Positions 1 through 12,062 of a stretch of 64,000 bases of DNA are shown piece by piece. Under the pieces are notes generated by a model, which was given only the letters and a program-made list of their open reading frames with translations, ran no database searches and was not told where the DNA came from. Origin of the DNA: Macrostomum lignano. Its lineage: Eukaryota. A program made the translations under genes and the position numbers. The stretch covers positions 35,253 through 99,252 of the forward strand of contig NIVC01001148.1 in NCBI GenBank assembly GCA_002269645.1, written 5' to 3'. How positions within the stretch are numbered: the stretch's first letter is position 1; the number at the start of each line of letters is the position of its first letter.

Positions 1-2121
1 GCTGGACTCTCGAATGCTCAGCAGCATTTAATCGCCTAAAGCAGTGCCTTACTTCCAGCCCAGTCCTCATCATGCCGACATTCGCAGAAGACGCTGAGTT
101 CGTGCTAGATACCGATGCCTCTGGCGTGGCCATCTCCGGAGTTCTTCAAGAGCGCCGTGGTGGCAGGACGCAGGTGGTGGCGTACGGCAGTCGCATTCTG
201 TCCAAAGCAGAGAGAAATTACTGCACAACGAGGCGTGAGCTGCTGGCAATTGTGCACTTCGTCGGTCACTATCGCAGCTACTTGTTAGGAAAAAGATTCA
301 CACTACGTACTGATCACGCCTCGCTGATCCATCTTCTGCGCTTTCGAGATCCCGATGGTCAGCTGGCACGGTGGCTGGATAAGCTAAGCGAATTCGACTA
401 CCAGACTGAGTATCGCAAGGGCGAGAAACATGGAAATGCAGACGCACTTAGTCGGCGACCGTGTCGAAAAGGACCTTGCCTGTGCAGTGGCTCTGCGCTC
501 GCTGTCGAGTTCAATGACGACAGCGCGATTCGACGAGCACAGGCAGAGGATCGGTGCATGCAGAAGCTGGCGAACTGCTTGCGAGATGGGCAACCACCGG
601 ATAAGGCAGAGACGGACGGCTGGAGCAATCGGCAGCGGCAACTGCTGTCCGAGTTTAAGCGGCTGACACTGGTGAACGGACTGCTGTGCCGCCGATGGGA
701 ATCCGAAGATGGCAGCGCCTTTTGTCAGCAGCTGCTGGTGCCAGAGAGTCTACAGCGCGATGTTTTTGTCGAAGCTCATGCTGGAACGAGCGGCAGCCAC
801 TGCGGACCGCAGAAGACCATTGAAAAGATCAGGGCGCGACTCTACTGGCCTGGAATGACAGCAGATGTGACTGACTGGTGTGCTGCGTGCCTCGAATGCG
901 CGACACTGAAAGATTCTGGCCAGCACAGGCGGGCACCTCTACAGAGCATGGCGGTCGGCAGCGTTGGCCAGCGACTGGAAATGGACTTCATGGTGGGCCT
1001 GCCGAGGACCGATCGTGGAAATTCAGTCATCCTGGTAGTCATCGACACCTTCAGCAAGTGGACTGAGGCCTTTCCACTGCCGTCTCAAGACGCTGAGACC
1101 ACAGCCCGGACGTTTGTCAACGAGTGGGTGGCTCGCTTTGGAGTCCCAGGGTCGGAACTGGGAGTCACAGCTGTTTCAAGAGACGATGCGGCTGCTGAAA
1201 ATCGACAAGACTCGGACGGCAGGCTACCACCCTGAAGGAGACGGCGGTTGCGAACGGATGAACCGGACACTGGTGCAGCTGCTGCGAGCATGGGTGAACG
1301 AGAATCAGCGAGACTGGGATCTTCATCTGCAGATTGCACTGATTGGCTACGGCACTTCAGTCCACAAGTCGACTGGTCAGACACCTTCGGCGATGCATTT
1401 CGGCCGGGAACTGCGACTACCACTGGACTTGGCATACGGAGGTCTGGCGCCGGATAGGCAACGTCCTTGTGAATGGGTGGCCGAGCTGCGGAGCCGGCTG
1501 CAGACATCGCACGATTGGGCGCGACAAAACTTGGAGGCAGCGCAACTGCACCAGAAGGCAGCGTACGACAGGAGGTGCCACGGCGAGGCATTCAGCGAGA
1601 ACGATCTGGTCTGGCTGCACAATCCGGCGCTGAAGCGAGGCGAGAGCCGAAAATTTCATCGATGGTGGACTGGGCCATGGCGCGTTAAAAAGCAGATCTC
1701 AGACGTCACCTACCGCATTCAGCACGAGGCCAATGCACGACGGCGAAGGGTGGTGCATTTCAATCGCCTGAAGCCATGCAACACGGCCAGTCCAGCTGCA
1801 GCACCTCAATTGCAACCAGCGGCGCAACTGCACAATCCTGACGAGGACGACCTGAGATTTGACGGCGTCCCAGCCGGCGCCCCAGCCGGCGCCCCAGCCG
1901 GCGCCCCAGTCGGCGCCCGCGGCGCCCCAGCCGGCGACCCAGCCGGCGACCCAGCCGGCGCCCCAGCCGGCGCCCCAGCCGGCGCTCCGGTCGGCGCCCC
2001 AATCGGCGCCCCGGTCGGCGCCCCTGCTGATGTTCCAGAGCATCCAGAACAGCCTGTATTGCGCCGAAGTGAGAGGGCCCGTGCCCCGCCAGAATTTTTT
2101 GGTGAAGTGTATACTCATTGA
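1..2121 (+). mobile_element. pol: Gypsy/Ty3 LTR retrotransposon pol, 3' part (RT connection, RNase H, integrase); frameshifted, no 3' LTR
   Basis: The frame is open from the window start (WTLECSAAFNRLKQCLTSSPVL). RNase H motifs: LDTDAS, YCTTRRELLA, LRTDHASL, NADALSR. Integrase H2C2: HAG..H..C..C. Core: LEMDF, DTFSKW, then in the second frame QGRNWES and GDGGCERMNRTL, plus the GPY/F-like WTGPWRV. The frame switches at 1146-1148. Confidence 0.95.
1870..2022 (+). repeat. In-frame 12-bp GC-rich minisatellite (CCAGCCGGCGCC, encodes PAGA) in the integrase tail
   Basis: 12 units of P-A/V/I-G-A/D plus one 9-nt unit, read directly. Confidence 0.95.
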
Positions 2122-2249
2122 ATGCAGATTTTCTTAGATAGTTTTTTTAAACATTGACATTGCTTAAGTCCATTTTAATTTCCACTTTTATTTCCCTCAA
2201 ATATTTATTCGTTCAAATATTCGATCAGAATTCGTCAAACTCATACTCG

Positions 2250-4825
2250 TAACTTTTTTTAACACAACGAAAAATGCAGAAAGTGAGTGGAACACTTTTT
2301 TTTGAAAGAAGGAGAGCATTGTAAGATGGTTTGCTTAGTTGATTGCGTGTGCACACGTTCACTAGCTCTTATGTACATTTGCTCGCTGTACAATGATAAA
2401 ATATAAGTGAATGCCTTGGCGCCCTGGGCAGCCAAGAGTCGGTCTACGCCTTAAGCCAATTTCTCGTTTTCGCTTGTTCTTACAATAATATACATGCCTA
2501 ACTGTTTATGCTAGCAGATTGTGGTCAATTAAGGCTGTCACAAGATTGATTATCTTTCAAAACCATTTGTTGAATTATTTTCTTTTATTGTTAGTGATTT
2601 TTATATTTTTAAGTATTCCAAAAGAGCTAAGCTAAAAAGGGTCCTATTTATATAAAAGCCAAAAAGGTTAAATCAATCAATAAAATAAATGATGTTATGA
2701 TTTAGAATGAAGCAACTTTGTTTTTATTAAGCAACAGAGCAATGGTAAGGGATTGGTAGTCATGGCTTTTTTCATGGCTTATGCCAATAATTTATAAGTT
2801 AATTAATTTAGTTATTCATTCACAAAATAGACACAACTATACTGCTAAAATAAAATTGAGTTGCACTTAATGCACTGCTAGTTGAAGTATTTTTGGCCCA
2901 TAGTAAGTAAGTTAAATAGTCCTAGGCCTAAAAAAATATACTAGTTTATATAACAAGTTCTTGTGCCTTAATGCAATAGTATACATTTTTCTATTCAATT
3001 TAAAAAAACATATATTTTGTAAATATTTAATATATACTTATATTTGATATTCAATAAAATTTCTATAAATATAAATAAGCTGATATTCAATGTTATCATT
3101 CTATATTTAGCTATGTAACTGTCATTTCAATTTGACAAAGACATTTAATTTCAGCAAGCAGCATTCAATTTTGGCAATTGGATATTTATTTCATACCATA
3201 GATAATAAGGACATTCAACAAAACTTGCTCCTGCATATAGATTTCCAATTCAGTTTTGGCATATTGCATTCTGTGGACTTTAGGAATGCATTCCACTAAG
3301 GCAAGATATGAAAATTATTATAATTCATTATATTATAAGTAATTCACAAAGATGATAAAAAAACCCCACTATGGGCCATACAAGCAAGTGTCTAATAAAT
3401 ACAGAGGCTATCTTCTTGATGCACACAAGAAAAATATTATGTCTCTCTAGTGCAACTCATTAAATATCAAGACAGCCACTGTCTATTTTATCTTGCAATT
3501 AGGGTAATAGGAAAAGCAAGCCATAGAATAAAAAATATTTTTTTAACTTTTTTTAACACAACGAAAAATGCAGAAAGTGAGTGGAACACTTTTTTGAAAG
3601 AAGGAGAGCATTGTAAGATGGTTTGCTTAGTTGATTGCGTGTGCACACGTTCACTAGCTCTTATGTACATTTGCTCGCTGTACAATGATAATATATAAGT
3701 GAATGCCTTGGCGCCCTGGGCAGCCAAGAGTCGGTCTACGCCTTAAGCCAATTTCTCGTTTTCGCTTGTTCTTACAATAATATACATGCCTAACTGTTTA
3801 TGCTAGCAGATTGTGGTCAATTAAGGCTGTCACAAGATTGATTATCTTTCAAAACCATTTGTTGAATTATTTTCTTTTATTGTTAGTGATTTTTATATTT
3901 TTAAGTATTCCAAAAGAACTAAGCTAAAAAGGGTCCTATTTATATAAAAGCCAAAAAGGTTAAATCAATCAATAAAATAAATGATGTTATGATTTAGAAT
4001 GAAGCAACTTTGTTTTTATTAAGCAACAGAGCAATGGTAAGGGATTGGTAGTCATGGCTTTTTTCATGGCTTATGCCAATAATTTATAAGTTAATTAATT
4101 TAGTTATTCATTCACAAAATAGACACAACTATACTGCTAAAATAAAATTGAGTTGCACTTAATGCACTGCTAGTTGAAGTATTTTTGGCCCATAGTAAGT
4201 AAGTTAAATAGTCCTAGGCCTAAAAAAATATACTAGTTTATATAACAAGTTCTTGTGCCTTAATGCAATAGTATACATTTTTCTATTCAATTTAAAAAAA
4301 CATATATTTTGTAAATATTTAATATATACTTATATTTGATATTCAATAAAATTTCTATAAATATAAATAAGCTGATATTCAATGTTATCATTCTATATTT
4401 AGCTATGTAACTGTCATTTCAATTTGACAAAGACATTTAATTTCAGCAAGCAGCATTCAATTTTGGCAATTGGATATTTATTTCATACCATAGATAATAA
4501 GGACATTCAACAAAACTTGCTCCTGCATATAGATTTCCAATTCAGTTTTGGCATATTGCATTCTGTGGACTTTAGGAATGCATTCCACTAAGGCAAGATA
4601 TGAAAATTATTATAATTCATTATATTATAAGTAATTCACAAAGATGATAAAAAACCCCCACTATGGGCCATACAAGCAAGTGTCTAATAAATACAGAGGC
4701 TATCTTCTTGATGCACACAAGAAAAATATTATGTCTCTCTAGTGCAACTCATTAAATATCAAGACAGCCACTGTCTATTTTATCTTGCAATTAGGGTAAT
4801 AGGAAAAGCAAGCCATAGAATAAAA
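2250..4825. repeat. Near-identical tandem duplication of about 1.28 kb (2250-3533 and 3544-4825)
   Basis: Both copies begin TAACTTTTTTTAACACAACG and end CCATAGAATAAAA. I found about 4 differences by eye. Confidence 0.95.
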
Positions 4826-5334
4826 TATATAAAGTTTGATGTGCAAATAATTTTACAATACACTAAACATTATTCCAAAAAAATAATTGAAATTAAAATT
4901 GAATGCAGATCAAAGTTAGTTGTAGTTTATCCTGCTCAATGGTAGATAGGTATTTGTAAATAGTAGGCCCTAGTATTATATTTGTTATAGTACATAATTA
5001 CAGCATATATTATTGTATGAATGATATTAATAAATACCATTTATCAAGATATACAAGTAATTGATATTGTCAATAGCATAGCCATAGGGGGCTTGGGAAG
5101 TCTTAAACCTCCTCCTGAAATCATGCTGAAAATGTTTACTAAGTATTTAATCTTTGGCTTGAATTTTAAGCCAAAGTAATGGAGATTTCAAATTTTACCT
5201 TTTTTCTGAAGCATTACATTACTTTATCTAGATCTGCATGATAATAAGAATCCAAACCATACCAAGTCACTCTTTTGCCCATAAACAAAGCAAACATTGA
5301 CTTTCATTTTTTCCATTCATGCAGCTTTTTAGTC

Positions 5335-6246
5335 ATGTCGCTTGCATTTTCACCACCCTCTGCACGGAAGGCTGCGCCGCCCAACACAGCTACAATTCAG
5401 CGACTGTTAGATGAAAATGCCCAACTAATTAATGCCATGCTGGAGTATGAGCAGCGTGGTCGGACTCACGAGATGGCTACTCTACAGCAGACACTTCACA
5501 GAAACCTTGTATACCTAGCTACCATTGCTGATTCACACAGTAATAGTGCATCTCAACAAACAGCTCAAACACCTATGCAGCCACCAATGCAAGGCCCTGG
5601 CGCTGTGTTACGTGCTCCAGGGCCAACACCTCAGCCAATGATCATGCAGCCACAGCAACAATCACAGCCGGCTATGATGATTCAGCAGCAACCACAGGCA
5701 GCCATAATGCAGCAACAGCCGCAGCAAGCTGTCGCTATGCAGCAGGCTATGGTGCAACAACCACAAGCTATGATGCAGAGACCACAGCAGCCTATGTTGC
5801 AACAGCAGCCACCGCCGCCTCGTGCTGCCCAAAATTCTGTTGGTCATGTCACTGGATCATCAACTGCTGCAGCAGCTGCTGCTGCCGCGGCCGCTGCTGC
5901 AGCTGCTAGACAACAGCAGCAGCCTGCAAATTCTGCGTATTTTCAACAGCAACCAGCGCAAATTATGAGGCCCCCATATGCACCGACTGTTTTCACACCG
6001 CAGCAGCAGCCGCCACAGTCATCTATCGCTTATCAAATGCTGCCACCGAATGCTTCGTCGTCGCAGGTGCAGCCACAACTGCAGCCACCGGTTCCTCCAT
6101 CGCAGCAACAGCCAACCGCCGCAGCGCCTGTGACCTCGGCTTCTGAGGCAAGTGCGCAGTCAGCAGCACCGTCGGATGCGTCAGTGACTCCAATTTCCCA
6201 GCAGCAAGGGTCCCAGCACGCGAATAAATCAGCTGCCTCGCATTGA
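5335..6246 (+). CDS. SS18: SS18/SS18L1-like BAF complex subunit (SSXT/SNH domain plus Q/P/A-rich tail), 303 aa, single coding exon
   Basis: IQRLLDENAQLI...LHRNLVYLATIADS matches the SSXT domain signature. The ATG at 5335 follows a polypyrimidine tract and TTTTAG. Confidence 0.9.
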   Translation: MSLAFSPPSARKAAPPNTATIQRLLDENAQLINAMLEYEQRGRTHEMATLQQTLHRNLVYLATIADSHSNSASQQTAQTPMQPPMQGPGAVLRAPGPTPQPMIMQPQQQSQPAMMIQQQPQAAIMQQQPQQAVAMQQAMVQQPQAMMQRPQQPMLQQQPPPPRAAQNSVGHVTGSSTAAAAAAAAAAAAAARQQQQPANSAYFQQQPAQIMRPPYAPTVFTPQQQPPQSSIAYQMLPPNASSSQVQPQLQPPVPPSQQQPTAAAPVTSASEASAQSAAPSDASVTPISQQQGSQHANKSAASH

Positions 6247-6421
6247 AGTGCGCCTGGGAAGGTTTTTCCGGCTCTTGACAAAAGCAAAAAGCCAAATATT
6301 GTTGCAAGTCGGAACCATTTTTGAAACTGAGTCTGTTTCATTCAAGTTTAGCCCAAGGGGGAAGCCAGCTGGAAACTATAGTGGCGTCGGCAAAAAGAGG
6401 ATGTAAACGTAAGAGTCAAAA

Positions 6422-6775
6422 TAGAGCCCGAAACATTTGGTTCCTATTTATCTGCGCCAATCTTCATTTGGAGCCAAATAGCTCCCGTTGTGCCTAAAAT
6501 AGCATTTTAAGTGTTTTTTCGTCAAGAAGGTAGATTAATCTCAATAAGGTAATAAGCATATACATCGATGTACAACGAGTTCATAGGTAGAATAAAGCAC
6601 GCGTTCACAAACATATTGAGAGATAACATAATGGGGACATAACATTGCTATCGCTTCTATCCTTCATACAAACATAATTAGAGCGTTTATTATGGCCATC
6701 TCGTCTTTTAAACATTTGAAGCTCCAAATGAAGGGATTGGAGTAGAGAAATCTGGATCCAATGCTTCAGGCTCCA
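6422..6775. repeat. Degenerate inverted repeat (arms about 6422-6473 and 6720-6775), MITE-like
   Basis: The left arm GAGCCCGAAACATTTGG...CTTCATTTGGAGC matches the reverse complement of the right arm at roughly 70%. Confidence 0.5.
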
Positions 6776-7394
6776 TTTTTACTCATAAGTTTACGTTTTC
6801 TTTTTAATTCCCTTTATTTTCCATTGTAGATGCAAATGTTTTGCATCTCTTCAGACATCTATAAACTAACAATTTAGCTAATTTTTCGCAATGTATATCA
6901 GATGGAGGCATCCTTGTTTACCGTCAAGTTCAGTAAAAATATATATGTTTTAATAATTTGTCCACACGTAGCTTTATTAATTCTAGTTTTTTTCAGTATG
7001 TTTTTCCAAAGAATTATCCCTCAATCCCTCAACTACTGCTAACTTGTACGAGTACGAGTGACATTACGAGTGTCCATAGTGTCATTCAATATATTTTTAC
7101 GCTTCTTAGTCCCAATTTATTTTTTGTGTCTATTCATTGACCCCGGTTAAATTGTTTTATTTTTACCCCATAAACCCGTATTTACTTAAAATCTTTTTCC
7201 TAACTAAAAGCACTTTTGTCTATCCTTGTGTAAAATAGTCGTATCAACTGTAACATACCGGGTCGTGCAAAAAATGTAATGTGAAGCAGTTCTATCATGG
7301 AATGCAAGTATCTTTTTATACATTCAGCTTATAACTTTCTAAAACAACGCTAATATAACCTAATGTCTAACGAATGTGTTCAATCAATCAATCA

Positions 7395-7884
7395 ATCAGT
7401 TCAGGAGTGCTCTCGCTCGCTCAAAGTCGTGTATCCCGCTGAGTTTGAGATAGAAGTGAAGTGGCTGCTCACATCGTCCCAGAGAAACTCCACCAGCTCT
7501 TTTTACTGCTCATGATATTGTTGACCGAATGACGCTGTTCTGCTTGGCCACGCTGCTTTTGGAGGCAGTCGGATTGTCGTCAAATTGCTCCTTGACAGCA
7601 TTCAGTTCAAGTTTTGCTCGCTGACCAGATCCTACACGCCTCTAAGCTTTCTCCATCAGAAATCAGCTTTTTCACTCTCCAGACAGTCACAGTTAAACAT
7701 CCAACAAGCTTGGAGATTTCTTCATTATTCTTTCCTGCGCAAACTAAGAGTTCAATCTGTTATCTTTTCTCAGACATTTCACACAGCTGGAAGTGAATCG
7801 AGTCAAGAGTGGTATCAGTTGAGAGCTTATATAACATTCTTTCAGGCGACGTCAGATTCAAATAGATCTGAGAAACACCCTTCA
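7395..7884 (-). mobile_element. Degenerate Tc1/mariner-superfamily (maT/DD37D-like) transposase N-terminal fragment
   Basis: The minus strand from ATG 7777 reads MSEKR*QIELLVCAGKNNEEISKLVGC.TVTVWRVKKL...RRVGSGQRAKL...NPTAS...V.RSTIS*AVKRAGG, a paired-like HTH pattern, with stops and a frameshift. A TA+TGAAGGGTG end lies at about 7884. Confidence 0.55.
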
Positions 7885-8566
7885 TAATAACAAACATTTT
7901 CAAACATTACATTTTTGCACGACAATACCTTAATACCTTTTTACGGCAAAACCTTTTTTGCACTGAAATGAAATAAACAAGTAATCAATCCACATTATGC
8001 ATATTAACTAGCTATTTCATATCGTGTCTGCTGCTGCTAACAGTTAATCATAATTTTTCAGATGTATAATATTGTAGTCTTCATCCTTTTTTCTGTTGTA
8101 TACACCTTAACTAATCGAACTTGCAACTATTGTACTGGTATCTACCAGGCATTTTATTAATGTTTTTCATTGGTGTAAGTTTTCGATTCGCCTATTGTCT
8201 TACATGTATTAGTAGGGCAGCTGCTGTACATATCGTCGGAATTAAGTAGAATTGGGCACTTGCAGTTAATGCTAACTCAATTCAATAATGTTTTTATTTA
8301 TATTTATAACATTGTCATAATTTATGCTAACACAGTGCTAATGAAAATATCTAATATAATTCAATCTTGCTGCTTGCTCTCAGCTGCATCACTTTCACCT
8401 GTTGCATGTTGCGAAGTGGAATAAAAATGATTCAAATCGGCTTACGGCATTTGCTACTTTCATTTCTGTATTTCATTTTGACTACAATCGCACATTAAGG
8501 CTCAACCGGTCTTAACTTAAATCTGTAATACGGTAAGGGCACAATTAAATATTTCTTGTCTTCCTT

Positions 8567-8803
8567 AACTACATGTAACTAACGCTTTGACTTGGGGAGA
8601 GGTACTGAAATGTCAAGGCTTTAGGGTTTGGTTTAGGGTTACGGTTACAGTTAGGGTTGGGTATTGGTGAGATCTATAGACTGACGGGAGATTTGCTGAG
8701 ATGTCAAGGCTTACGGGGGAATAGCTGAGAAGTCAAGGCTTACGGGGGAATAGCTGAGATGTCAAGGCTTACAAAGTGAATTGCTGGGGTCTGCTACATG
8801 TAG
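8567..8803. repeat. Small MITE-like element with TTAGGG-like motifs and a short internal tandem repeat
   Basis: Bounded by AACTACATGTA / TACATGTAGTT. Contains degenerate TTAGGGTT units and 3-4 copies of GCTGAGATGTCAAGGCTTAC. Confidence 0.45.
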
Positions 8804-10309
8804 TTTATTCAAAAATTTGTATTCAATTTTTTGTTCGCTCCCCAACGGGGGCACTGATTGCTAGTCCCGAACTAAATAACATTGCGAATTCATTCTCATT
8901 TTTGTGACTACCAGTCTTGTATTTTACATGCTTTTTCGTGGCTTTGTACATCAGCCGATGGTACATGTATTATGGTATTAAGGTAGATTTTAATTAAATG
9001 CGTTGTGAACTAGCCTTTAGCATTAGCTCAGGGACAAATAAAACTACCGGGACGCGAAACAAGCCAAATCATGGTGAAAAAAGTTGGGGGCTCGTTTGAA
9101 AGCAGTGTTCTATGGCCGTTTCAACTACAACTCTTCAGTCTAGTTTAAGTTGTCCCTGCCTTTAGCTATAGCTACAGTACATTAAAAATGGTCGCATTTT
9201 AAAGTACGTTCAAGCATGCTGAATTTGAAAAGTTAACGTCTCACTTCTACTTCAAAGTAGTGTTGAGAATATTGTATATCGCAGGCTTCGGTGGATTTTA
9301 CCAGGGTCGAACCGCTTTTGCGATGCGATTTTTGAGTCAACCTTGCAGTGCTGCTGCTCTCCAACTTGCAGTACGCCACTATTGCATTGTTCCACTACTT
9401 CTACTGCCGTCGCTGAGAACCATTGTGTTTGGCTCGGCGAGCTTCAGAAATGACTCCGTGATGGCTCCAAATTTGAGGCACGTGCTGAATTTTTCTTTCT
9501 CGTTTTTGGAATGTCAGCCACTCACCGGGCTGGAAAATCTCAAAGGAATCCTTCGCCTCGAGTTGAAGTACCCAAGAGACCTGAATTTACAACTGCGCGC
9601 AGGAACAAAAGAGTGGATCGGCTAAGCAGAGCTTTTTCCTTCAGACGAACTCTAATTATAGCCTTCTCGGGTTTTCACTATTGTGCAGTATAGAATTGGA
9701 AATTAAATGTTTGGTACTGAAATGAATGAATTTCCGATCCTTTACAAAAAGGAATGATTAGTTAAATATATTTCAAATATACATTGTATGCTGCGAAAAT
9801 TGAACTTGCTCGATAAAGCCTACTTACGGTATAACTCTTATAGGAGACTGCAGATACGGGGATCCATGAATCCTAGAGCAATTCGGAGAAATCGATCAAT
9901 TTTGGTGTTAATTTTAACAAAAAGTAAGGACTTTTGTCATTTCAGAGCCCACAGAATTAGTTTGTGTTACGCAAACATGTATGTCCATGAGAGGACTGGT
10001 TTGATCTACTTGACAGCACCGTGTAAATAAATTTGATTTTATCGGCCTTAAATTAATAATTGATTGACATCTTTCTTAGAAATAACACTTAAAATAAAGA
10101 AAAAGAAGCCGTGAAGTGTACTGGTCCTTACAAATACGACAAAGACATAAATTCCTTTTAAGTAGGCTTAAAATGTACTAGACTACTACCATGTATTAAA
10201 AATTTTCTAGAATGTAATTAAGGCCTAGGCCAAGTCATTTTTTCCTACTTGTTTACAAATTGCTATAGACCCTACTAAGATGTTACATCAGCTGAATCCT
10301 CAGCTTAAT

Positions 10310-12015
10310 ATGAGCTTCAAAATGAAGAAAGATGCCCTTTTTGATCTTGAATCAAAGATTAAAGGTAGGTGAATTAAGTATAGGTAGATGTTCTTAAGTG
10401 TGTATTTAAAGCATTGATAGATATTTCTATCATGCCTTTGTCTAGTTGTGACTTTGTAGGTTATATTTTCTATTTTTGCCTAAAGATAGTTAGGTCAAAC
10501 TTTTAGGCCTATTGTACTTAACTCTTAAGACCTAGTTAAATTATTTTACTTCAACTATGTGGACTTATCCCATTTATCCATAGCTAATATATTTGTTTAG
10601 CTTTATTGTTAATTGCCATGTAGATCATTAGATCATAGGCCTATATATAGCATGCTATATAAACTAAAAAGTTTAAAATTCTTATACAGTTAAATGTATT
10701 ATACTATGAATATAAAATGACAATGTATTGGTTTCCTGACAGATATTCAGACAAACATTCAGAAATCGTTTAGTAAATGTTTAACAAAATTGTCTATTTA
10801 GTATCCTAAAAAATGTAAATTTTTGACTTTTACACATGTCTCTGCTTTAAAACAGACACTTCAGACACACTCAAAGACACTTCACAAGCTGAGATATTCC
10901 CTAGCAATGGTTGTTATGATGTTTCCCAATATACCAAATACTGTATTTGGTTGTTTTTTGAGGAGCCACTACATTGTCACACTTTGCTTTATGCTTTATT
11001 TGCTTTTTGCAAATTGCACAGCTGCTTTATGCATGTCTCTACTTTGAAAATACACAAAAGACATATACAAAGACATTTCACAAGCTAAAATATTCCTTAG
11101 CAATGCAATGGTTGTTACAACATTTCCCAATTTACCAAATATCATATATAGTTGGTAGGCCTACTGCTAATTTTAAAGCGAGCTACATTACCACATATAG
11201 TTGGTTTTGAGAAGCCGCTACATTGTCACACTTTGCTCTTTGAAATGAAAATTGCACAGCTGCTTTATGCATGTCTCTACTTTAAAGACATATCAGACAC
11301 ATACAAAGATGCTTCACAAGTTGACATATTCTTTAGCAACGGTTATTACGATGTTTTCTAAATATTTAGTACACCAAAAGCTTTTTTATTAATGTTTTTA
11401 TTTTTTAATGACAAGCTGTTGAAACCTGCGGATTTTGAATCCGGGGAATTCCAATCCCCGGAACTACTTTTGCATGTATTCTGAAATCTAAAGCCATCTA
11501 ACACACAAATTGATGTTAGTAGGATAGAGGTAGACATAAAATGGAGCACATTTGTGTAAAATTAGGGTTTGAGGCAAACGTTGATATTGTTTGCTGGGGT
11601 ACTCTACAGAATGCCAGGCAATGTCTATCTGACTCTAAAACATGTATTGGCAAACTCTGGCCTCTCCCTGACTCTCCCTATGTCCCTTGGATCCTTTAAA
11701 ATTTCTATTGTCTCTCTGTTTCCTTTATTCTCTCTCTTCCCTCGTCTCTCATCTCTCCTCTCTCTTCTCTCCTCTCTTCTCTCGTATCTTCCCTCATCTC
11801 TCTTATCTCATCTCTTCCCTATTCTTTTCTCTCTCCTCTCCTCTCTCCTTTCTACTTTTCGTTTTCTCTCTGCTCTCCTCTCTCCTCTCTACTCTCTCGT
11901 TTTCTCTCTCCTCTCCTCTCTCCTCTATCCCATCTTTTTCGTATATTCCCTCATCTTTCTTCTCTTTCATATCTCTTATCTCATCTCTTCCCTCTTCTTT
12001 TCTCTCTCCTCTCCC

Positions 12016-12062
<47 letters not shown>

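Noticed and set aside
1699-2137. GADW/PAPQ/RRLG repeat ORFs
   Set aside because: They are alternative frames of the 12-bp repeat in the integrase tail.
2117-4910. Shared 13-mer ATTGAATGCAGAT at 2117 and 4898 as a possible TSD
   Set aside because: The left copy overlaps the pol stop codon and does not match the duplication boundaries, so it is probably chance.
9260-9693. ORFs of 121 and 60 aa upstream of srGAP
   Set aside because: No recognisable domain. More likely promoter or 5' UTR sequence.
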